A DNA stretch of 64,000 nt from Octopus vulgaris (lineage: Eukaryota): contig OX597830.1 in assembly GCA_951406725.2 (NCBI GenBank), positions 11,346,001 to 11,410,000 of the forward strand. Reading direction: 5' to 3'. Position 1 is the first letter of the stretch; each line of letters begins with the position of its first letter. The translations under genes and the position numbers were made by a program. Shown here one piece after another: positions 50,503-61,426 of this stretch. The notes beneath the pieces were generated by a model that saw only the letters and a program-made list of their open reading frames with translations, was not told the origin of the DNA and made no database searches.

Positions 50503-53500
50503 GACAGGCTTCTTTCAGTTTCCGTCTACCAAATCCACTCACAAGGCATTGGTCGGCCCAGGGCTATAGCAGAAGACACTTGCCCAAGATGCCACGAAGT
50601 GGGACTGAACCCGGAACCATGTAGTTGGTTAGCAAGCTACTTACCACGCAGCCACTCATCTGTACACTTTTCTAGGGAAACATATCTGACCAGGAGTATA
50701 GTCCATAAACACTGTCTAAAGCAGGTCATCATTTAATCTGGGAATATTCATTTGGTTCATAATTAATTGGCTCCTGATTTGCTATCAAGAAGTTGATGGA
50801 ACCGGGAGAGGTGGATCTCACACTGAAGCTGTACTCATCTTTTTTCTGTCTATTTCTTCATGCAGCTATGTTTTCGAAATTAGAGCAAGTATTTTATGTA
50901 TTTGGTCTAATGGTTTGCTGTTTACAATTCCTCCATTGGACTAAAGCTCAATGATATTACCCATTCCTAAGGCGGCGAGCTGGCAGAAACGTTAGCATGC
51001 TGGGCGAAATACTTAGCGGTATTTCGTCTGCTGTTACGTTGTGAGTTCAAATTCCGCCGAGGTCAACTTTGCCTTTCATCCTTACGGGGTCGATTAAATA
51101 AGTACCAGTTACGCACTGGGATTGATATAATCGACTTAATCACTTTATCTGTTCCCTCTGTGTTTAGCCCCTTGTGGGTAGTAAAGAAATAGGTATTACC
51201 CATTCAAGTATGAGTTTTATCTATTGAGTGACTATGACCCAAAGTTTTTTTTTATAATGCATTATTTTAAAACTGGAGAGATTTGAAGGATTCTGACCAC
51301 CAACCTGAATGAAATCTAACTAGGTGAAGGCTACAATCTTTAAGTAGTTAGACACATAAGTTCTTATTTAGGGAACATCCCTCTATACATTGTGTTCTTA
51401 TCATATACATGTATTCTCATTTTGAGCATATACACGATCTTATCTTACATTCAGTAAGAACTGGTAGTGTAGTTAATTGATGTATGTACGTATAAGTACA
51501 TACTTTATATTTCTGCTTTACCATTGCAGGATAAATAACTATGTTGAAATTCAATACGCTCATAATCACCAATCTCCATGAGTAGTAATCCTCACATCCA
51601 GACCCACAGAGATTTCAAAAGAGGTTCAAGGTAAAGTGCTGATAATAAATGAGAAAAGAACACAAATTATATAATTAAATTCACTGGCTAATCAGTGTTT
51701 CAATAAAGAAAACAAAACAATACTTAGTGATGAGCATTGTTCTGTCCAGTTTACCTCATTGGAACCAGAATGAATATGTTTTATTTGGGAAAGGAGAAAG
51801 ACCTATAAGGGCGCAACATAAAAAAAGGACTTACCTTATTTGCAACAGACACACAGATCTGAATGGGCAAACGCAGTAAGCAGTCCAGCACAAATTTCGC
51901 TGGGTTACCCGTATATTTTTCATCATCTAGAAACATCAGAAAATAACAATGATCAGAGAAGAAATTCTTCTGAATGAATTGAAAATAAATATATTATAGC
52001 ATAAAGATACACATACAAATTTATACACAAAAGCAGATAAAACTCACACTTTGTGTTTCACTCCATTTTATTTAACAGATCCCATATCTGAGAACATCTG
52101 CCTTCTTCAATTATTAATCTGTTATAGATCACATTCCGATGAAAGCCATCTAATGAACCCCATAAAACTTCCTTACACAAAATCTAGTTATACTCTATCT
52201 GCTCTTTCAAGCTGACTTGTTTTTTTGGGGTTTTTTTTTTTGCATAGTTCTTCATTTTGAGAGCTGCTATCTCAGAAAATATCTTTTCTTTCTAAATGTT
52301 ACTAGTGTACACTCATCATTAAATATTCAAGCTTGCACAGAAGATCTCGTTTTAATAACTTTCTTTTCCATTATTGAAATAGTCAAAGAAAAGGATAAGA
52401 GTGGTGTTATTACGGCTAATGCCGTAGTGAAAGAGAAAATAATCCATTTTCATCTTCTTGCACTATAATGATTTCTTTACTGCCCACAAGGGACTACACA
52501 CAAAGGGGACAAACAAGGGCAGACAAACGGATTAAGTCGATTACATCGACCCCAGTGCGTAACTGGTACTTATTTAATCAACCCCGAAAGGAAGAAAGGC
52601 AAAGTCGACCTCGGCGGAATTTGGACTCAGAACGTAACGGCAGACGAAATACCGCTAAGCATTTCGCCCGGCGTGCTAACATGTCTGCCAGCTCACCGCC
52701 TTTCTTGCACTATTTTAGTAAAGAAAATATTAAAAAGCAACTTACCTTGTTTGCTGTTAGTATCATTATTCAATGTGAAAAGTTGTGTCTGTAAGATATT
52801 AGAGAGGTAGGCAAATGGTGTCATAGCCAGACCTTTATTGTGAACAATGAGGGATACCAGATGACCACAAGTGTTGATCACATCACTCGTAGAACAGGCA
52901 GCAGAGAACTTTTCCACAGAAGTCTCACTGATGATTTTTAAATATTTTCCGGGTTCAGTCTCAAGGACCATAAAATCAGTGCGTACTGACTTTCTGCCAC
53001 CTGTAACAAATAATGTACACATATTTGAATTTCTTTAGCTTTAGTGCATTGGTGAACATTTTTTCATGGGGGCATCTGAATTTTCAGACCAAGAAAAAGT
53101 TGTACATACAAGAACTAGAAGCAACTCACCAGCTCAACATATTTATCCAGGAGATTTATCCAGGCTTCCGTGCCGGTGGCATGTAAAAAGCACCATCCGA
53201 ATCGTGGCCGAAGCCAGTGCCGCCTCGACTGGCTTCCGTGCCGGTGGCACGTAAAATGCACCAATCCGACCGTGGCCGTTACCAGCCTCGCCTGGCACCT
53301 GTGTGGGTGGCACGTAAAAAGCACCCACTACACTCACGGAGTGGTTAGCGTTAGGAAGGGCATCCAGCTGTAGAAATATTGCCAGATAAGACTGGAGTCT
53401 GGTGCAGCCTTCTGGCTTCCCAGATCCCCGGTCGAACCGTCCAACCCATGCTAGCATGGAGAACGGACGTTAAATGATGATGATGATTAAAAAAAAAATT

Positions 53501-55508
53501 TATCCCGCTAAATTTACCAGGTCAGATTTGCTTCTTTCACAAAGCAAACAATTTCTAAATATCACTACTCTACCATGAGTAACCCTAATATATCATCAAA
53601 TCTCATCAACTCTCAAATCAGTACAAAATACCAATCCTTATTTTTACTTAATGCCTAGAGCATAAATCTCTGTTTCACAATGTTTTTGCATTTTTCTTTT
53701 TTTTGTTTTTGCTTGTTGTTTGCTTTGTGATAACCGTTGTAGAATGGTTATCACAAAACACATCTGAAAATGCATTAAGAATATAATTGATAATGTAATT
53801 TTTTCAAATATGTATCATAATTTTCAATGGAACTAAATTTTAATACAACATCACTATATATGCATGCATGTACGGATGTATGCTGAGTGAAACAGAAAAC
53901 GGAGCTAACTCTGGATTGAAAGGATTTGTAGTGACATCATTTTCCAGTGTGCGTGAGCGGGACATCATTCTTCAGTGTGCGTGTGCAGGGCTGGAACCTT
54001 CTCGAAAGGCCTAAGGAAGTTTCCTCATGCACATGCGCTAGAGACTGGGGAAGAAAATTCTATCGCGTTCCTTGTTAGCGTCGCTGACTTGAGACACGGC
54101 TATTGAAGAGAAAGGACGTGTTAAACGTGTGATCAGCCTATTCTCCTGTCCCAGACGCTTGGGATTTGACCTGCTCTGTTGCTGCTGAGTTTGTTGTGAG
54201 GTTTATCTTACAAGTGTTAAAATTCAGCCTTGCTATATCGAACCAAGTGGATACCAATATACCAACGTGCTTCTTTTGTAAATAAGAAAATAAAGAGTCA
54301 TATATATTTTTACGGTTGCGTTCTTGTTCCTGACTGGTAATTTTCTGGAAACAAAGGAAAGGAAATTGTGTTGCACCCAAACAGTGTAAAGAATCAACCA
54401 GTTCCTTTACAGATTCTTTCTGTATGAAACACTTTTACAGGCAAACAATATTACAAATAAAACTTGTGTAGCTGAGATGTAATTTATGTGTTCAGCATAA
54501 CAAGTAGCAAAAAGAGGAGAAGGAGAGTATTGAGGCAACACTATTGCGATGAAGCTATCATTAGAGAAAAAAGATTTGCAAAGTTGTCTCATTTATTCAG
54601 TAACACATAAATAGCAAGCATTGAGAAATTCTCAAAATGAAATCTTTATCGATATGCTATTGACATTATCAAACTGGCTTAAACATTTACATCAATTACA
54701 TTCATTCAAACAGCCTTTTTGTTTAAACTACAACAGAAATGAATAACAAAAAAGAGAAGTCGAAAACATACCTTCAAGTTGTACATATTTTTCTCCACCA
54801 TTCTTGAGCACAAAATCAAGCAGCTTTCCAAATTGCGGTTCAAATACCAAAGGCCAGTGAGACCAAGCCGACATGTCCTCTAGTAAGGGGCAATTGTGCA
54901 ATGTTGCAAGAACGGTTTCTTGGTTTTGGTAGCCTAATATTCCAACCTTGCCAAGGGTGCAATTCATTGATCTGAAACCATATGTGAAGTTGTGATGCTC
55001 ATATTACTCCAGACTTTTCTTTAAAGTATGTATCAGATGCAAAAACTTGAAACAAGAATGTTGTGTGAAAGCTTCTGTCATGAACCAGCCCTTTAGGTGT
55101 ACATGAACTCTGCTATGTGCCTGATGAACATTCAAGTCCATTGACTGAGCCAGGAAAAGTTAAAATCCTTGGCATTTATACTATCTAGTGCAGTAAACTA
55201 AGGGCAAGTCAAATCGTGTGTAAGCCGTAAGCTCAATGAAATGTCAGATGCTTAAAGTCCTTCTTTCATTCTGAATAGTTAAAAAGTGGGCATTATCTGA
55301 CTTCAGATATTGTAGAATTTGTAGGAGAATTTTTTTTATATATAAAACAGGAGTGGCTGTGTGGTAAGTAGCTTGCTAACCAACCACATGGTTGCGGGTT
55401 TAGTCCCACTGCGTGGCATCTTGGGCAAGTGTCTTCTGCTATAGCCCCGGGCCGACCAATGCCTTGTGAGTGGATTTGGTAGACGGAAACTGAAAGAAGC
55501 CTGTCGTA

Positions 55509-55545
<37 letters not shown>

Positions 55546-58500
55546 ATTTGTCCCCCTAGCATTGCTTGACAACTGATGCTGGTGTGTTTACGTCCCCGTC
55601 ACTTAGCGGTTCGGCAAAAGAGACCGATAGAATAAGTACTGGGCTTACAAAGAATAAGTCCTGGGGTCGATGTGCTCGACTAAAGGCGGTGCTCCAGCAT
55701 GGCCGCAGTCAAATGACTGAAACAAGTAAAAAGAGAGAAGAGATAACAAATATAATAAAGAAGAACTTAAAGTAATGATGTAAGAAGGACAGTAAAATGT
55801 TTACCTTTCCAGAGAACAGAGAGCAGCTTCATAAAAGACATGTGAGGCTGGATACGTTCTTTTACAGGCTAAATCAACTATGTGCTGGACAGTACCATGG
55901 CCAATGCTTTTTAAATTCTTCACAGCATAATGATGGCAGAGAGCATTTTCAATTAAATTATTCTGGAAATAACAGAAGTCAAAGCATAAATTACAATTTT
56001 GGCTTAAAACCAAAGTTCAGCTACCATATTGATTTCTTACCTAAGCTTAGGGCCTCAGATCGATAAGTAAAGAGCATTCATGAGTAAGTGAAATGGCCAA
56101 GACTAGTATTTCAAGCTGATTTATAAAATTTGAATCATTGACATCTTGACTTTTACACTAGAAGTTTCGCAATGTGGTTTTAAAGACAGGAGCTAAGTTT
56201 GTATGGTAGGCAAGACATAGCTGCAATAGAAACTAAGGATTATATATGAGATGTGAAAAAGAAAGTAAAATTCAATAGTGAGCCACTGATTGGAACATTT
56301 ACTGTGAAAAAAAAAAGTTACTCTATTTGCACATGGCATTACTTTCCATTATGTGCAGAAAATGTGTGATGGTTCTGTTGTTAGTGTAGGGCACATTTGT
56401 ACTTTATTCAGAGTTAGCATCTCTCTGAGCTGAAGTATTTTCAAGTCCTAAAGAGAAAAATCAAGCCTTTGTCATATGATATTCCGTGTGTGAAATGTTT
56501 GTGATTACCTGGAAATATCTTCAGATGTAATATTTAACCAAAATTAACCTTTTGGTTAATTATCACACCTGAAGATATTTCCAGGTGATCATATACTGCA
56601 ACTTAATCAGAAACTAACCCATACTGATAATCACATAAATACAACAACAATTAGCTGTATGGAGTACTACCAAGTGTTTTGTTATCTAATTGTGCCTAAC
56701 ACCTGAGCCTATCTATTTCCAATCAAGAGTTGAACTTAGCTCCAGGTTCTATTCCACTTGAAGTGAAACTGAGAAGACAGAAACAATATTGAAGCCCTTC
56801 GAATCGTGGCCGATGCCAGTGCCGCCTCGACTGGCCCCCGTGCCGGTGGCACGTAAAATGCACCAATCCGATCATGGCCGTTGCCAGCCTCGCCTGGCAC
56901 CTGTGCCGGTGGCACGTAAAAAGCACCCACTACACTCACGGAGTGGTTGGCGTTAGGAAGGGCATCCAGCTGTAGAAACACTGCCAGATCAGACTGGAGC
57001 CTGATGCAGCCTTTCTGGCTTCCCAGATCCCCGGTCAAACCGTCCAACCCATGCTAGCATGGAGAACGGACGTTAAGCAATAAACGATGATTCAGTGTAA
57101 TTGTACATGTTTCTGACTGATAGTTTTATCCGTCTCTTCGTTTGACATCACCGCTTATCCCACATATGCTTCTACTGGAGTACACTCTGTTGCAATGATT
57201 TGGATAGAGTTTCCTAAGTTTTAAAATAACTTACTTGGATTGTTGTGCAGGCATCTTTACATTGAATTACAAAGTTACAAACATCTGCTGGTGAAGGTTT
57301 ATATACACCAATTCCACTCTTGTTGCTCTCAGATGTTCCAGACATTGTAAGGCCAGTTTCATCCAAAATCTGGAAACAAAAAAGTATTACATATAAGTAT
57401 GGAAAACACACAATAATTAAGTGAAGATATTATTAAAAAATTAGTTCCAAGGCGTAGGAGTGGCTGTGTGGTAAGTAGCTTGCTTACCAACCACATGGTT
57501 CCGGGTTCTTGGGCAAGTGTCTTCTACTATAGCCCCAGGCCAACCAAAGCCTTGTGAGTGGATTTGGTAGACAGAAACTGAAAGAAGCCCATCATATATA
57601 CGTATATATATGTATATGTATGTGTATGTGTTTCTGTGTTTGTCCCCCCCAACATTGCTTGACAACCGATGCTGGTGTGTTTACATCCCCATAACTTAGC
57701 GGTTCGGCAAAAGAGACTGATAGATTAAGTACTAGGCTTACAAAGAATAAGTCCTGGGGTCGATTTGCTCGACTAAAAAAAGGTGGTGCTCCAGCATGGC
57801 CACAGTCAAATGACTGAAACAAGTAAAAGAGTAAAAGAGAGTAAAAGAGAGTAAGATAGGATCAGAGCAACTTGCATCTCTGATCATCACTCTCTTCTCT
57901 CATCTAAGTACTGAGAATCTTTTAGAGCAAACAAGAGTCATTTAAAAACAGCTTTCTGGTAGACATGGTAGACTTTATCTTCTGTTACTTGCTTCAGACT
58001 TGCTTCAGTCGAGGCGGCACTAGCATATATTTGCCTATCCTGTATGTACCCTGATTTCCAAATTTTTTGTATATCTTGGAATTTTAGACTAAGGACACTA
58101 TGATATGAACGATGTAGTTCGCATGTGCAGACACAGCTATTCATAGTCCTTGTTCATGTGTTACATCACTTGCAATGCCACTTCTCTATGTGTCTCTTGT
58201 AATTGACTTACTAGCTCTTCCGCTACTCTACAATTCTCTATCATTACTTCTTTCCTAAAGCTAAAAGGTAAATTTTCTCTTTAGTGAGACCTGCAATGTT
58301 GTTAGTGATGGCCCCCATCACTAACAATTAGTATTTAACAGTGCCACCTCAACTGGCTTCCGTGCCGGTGGCACGTAAAATGCACCAATCCGACCGTGGC
58401 CGATGCCAGCCTCGCCTGGCACCAGTGCAGGTGGCACGTAAAAAGCACCCACTACACTCACGGAGTGGTTGGCGTTAGGAAGGGCATCCAGCTGTAGAAA

Positions 58501-60836
58501 CATTGCCAGATCAGACTGGAGCCTGGTGCAGCCTTCTGGCTTCCCAGATCCCTGGTCGAACCGTCCAACCCATGCTAGCATGGAGAACGGACATTAAACA
58601 ATGATGATGATGATGATGATGATGAGGTTTGTTAATCTGGGACTTGAAATTTTTTTATGCCAAGTCAGCTACACAAAAACAGCTTAGTCTAGCCGACTGT
58701 ACAGATGATGAATTTGTGATCCAAGAAGCCAATTACTCAAAACTGGGCGACTCATGCAAACCCAGTGAAAACTCTAAGTACAACAAGGATGACTCATTGT
58801 AATTTGTCTACATTGACCCTTTCATTACCAACCCGGCTGAAACCGGCTCTGGCTCTGAGTACAAATGTCTTGTTTTCATAAGTTCTGAATTAAAACCTTC
58901 CACCAAACCTTAGTCATAATTTATGTTCCTAACACTAGCTTAATGATAACGAAGTTATTTAACTAAATTCTTTGTTATATTTAAAATTAATTGAAAGAAA
59001 CACAGAGCATCTCAAAACAAATACAGTAAAAAAAGGGTTAAAGCATTAGCAAAATCCAAGGGATACCTATCAGACAGTTGGAACTTCTTATCTAGAGCTA
59101 ATACCCTTTTGAAACCCTTGCCAAGGATATTTTTTTACCCTTTAGTGTTTAGACTGGCCATAACTGGCCAAAAATGCTTCCCTTTTATTTGTCTGAATCA
59201 GCCAAATCCGGATGTATCTGATTTCTTTATGAAATCACTAAAAAAATTAAACAAATCACATTATTGAATTCTTGTAGCTTTGAGATAATGCGAGATAAAG
59301 CCCTTCCTGCCTTTATTCAAGTAAAAATATACTCTTTTACATGTTTCAGTCATTTGACTGTGGCCATGCTGGAGCACCGCCTTTAGTCGAGCAAATCAAC
59401 CCTGAGACTTATTCTTTGTAAGCCCAGTACTTATTCTATCGGTCTCTTTTGCCGAACCGCTAAGTGACGGGGACGTAAACACACCAGCATCGATTGTCAA
59501 GCAATGCTAGGGGTACAAACACAGACACACAAACACATACATACATATACATATATACGACAGGCTTCTTTCAGTTTCCGTCTACCAAATCCACTCACAA
59601 GGCATTGGTCGGCTCGGGGCTATAGCAGAAGACACTTGCCCAAGATGCCACGCAGTGGGACTGAACCCGGAACCATGTGGTTGGTTAGCAAGCTACTTAC
59701 CACACAGCCACTCCTGCGCCTATGTAAAAATATGGTGAAATTTTAGAGACTTCTTGTTTTTTTTTAATTTTGAAGAGAAGTGTATATCTGAGTTTCTAAC
59801 GATGTGACATCAACAAGTAGTGATTCCGACTTTGAGGATTTTACTCTTGACGATGTACAAAAAAATATAAATGAAAATGACAGTAATTAGTCTTCAAATG
59901 AATCATATAGACATTTATGAATCTTCGTCGGACGAGGAAGATCTTGATAATGAAAGTGATGAAAATGACACAGAAAACATCACAGCAACATGGTTGAAGA
60001 TTACTACATCAACCAGAATTCCCAATTTCACAGAAAAGACTAGTCCAAAATACAGTCCAGGTGGACTATTTATTTTTATTTTTATTTTTATTTTTACCGG
60101 AAAGTTTTTTTGAAACTGTCACGAAGGAAACAAATGCTCAATGTATAATTTCATTTGTGGAAGGCCCTATCTACTATGTCAGCTAACTGACACTGCAGAA
60201 ATGTGAGCTTTTTTTACTATCATCATCATCATCATCATCGTTTAGCGTCCGCTTTCCATGCCAGCATAGGGTCTGGGAAGCCAGAAGGCTGCACCAGGCC
60301 CAGTCTGATCTGGCAGTGTTTCTACGGCTGGATGCCCTTCCTAATGCCAACCACTCCGTGAGTGTAGTGGGTGCTTTTTACGTGCCACCAGCACAGGTGC
60401 CAGACGTGGCTGGCAAACGGCCACGATCGGATGGTGCTTTTTACGTGCCACCGGCACGGAGGCCAGACGAGGCTGGCAAACGGCCACGATCGGATGGTGC
60501 TTTTTACATGCCACCGGCACGGAGGCCAGTCGGGGCGGCGCTGGCAATGGCCACGTTCGGATGGTTCTCTTACATGCCACCGGCACTGGTATCACAGCTA
60601 CAATTTCCTTGGTGCTCAGCAGCTTCTTCAACTGTAGAACTACTGGAATCCTGATATAAGGTATGGTGATCCATATATCTCCAGCATTATGTCTAACTAT
60701 AGTTAATTCATATATTGTTTATGTAAAAAAGCCACTAGGTGCCTCTGCCACCAAAGGACTGTGACTATTTAAAATTTGGGGTGACATTGCATCTCAGTTA
60801 TGTGAAGGCTTTTCTTCCAGAAAGCACAGCATTGGG

Positions 60837-60882
<46 letters not shown>

Positions 60883-61247
60883 CGGCGTTAGGAAGGGCAT
60901 CCAGCTGTAGAAACACTGCCAAATCTGACTGGGCCTGATGAAGCCTCCCAGCTTCACAGACCCCAGTTGAACCGTCCAACCCATGCTAGCATGGAAAACG
61001 GACGCTAAATGATGATGATGATGATGATGATGAACGGGAAGCTTTACGAAAATAAACAAAAGACGAAGGCAGGTGGAAGTACAAACACACAATTGTATTA
61101 GTATGGCGCTCAGGAATATAAATAAAACAAGTCTTTTACGTTTCGAGCCTACGCTCTTCAACAGAAAGATACACAGAAAAGAAACACAGAAAGAAACAAG
61201 GAGAGAAAAAAAAAATGCGTGCAGAAGCTAGCGAATCAACATGGCGA

Positions 61248-61295
<48 letters not shown>

Positions 61296-61378
61296 TAGGG
61301 GTTGGACAAAATATCAACATTCATGAACTCATAAAAATCATATTATTAGAAACAGAAGAAGAAGAAGAAGAAGAAGAA

Positions 61379-61426
<48 letters not shown>

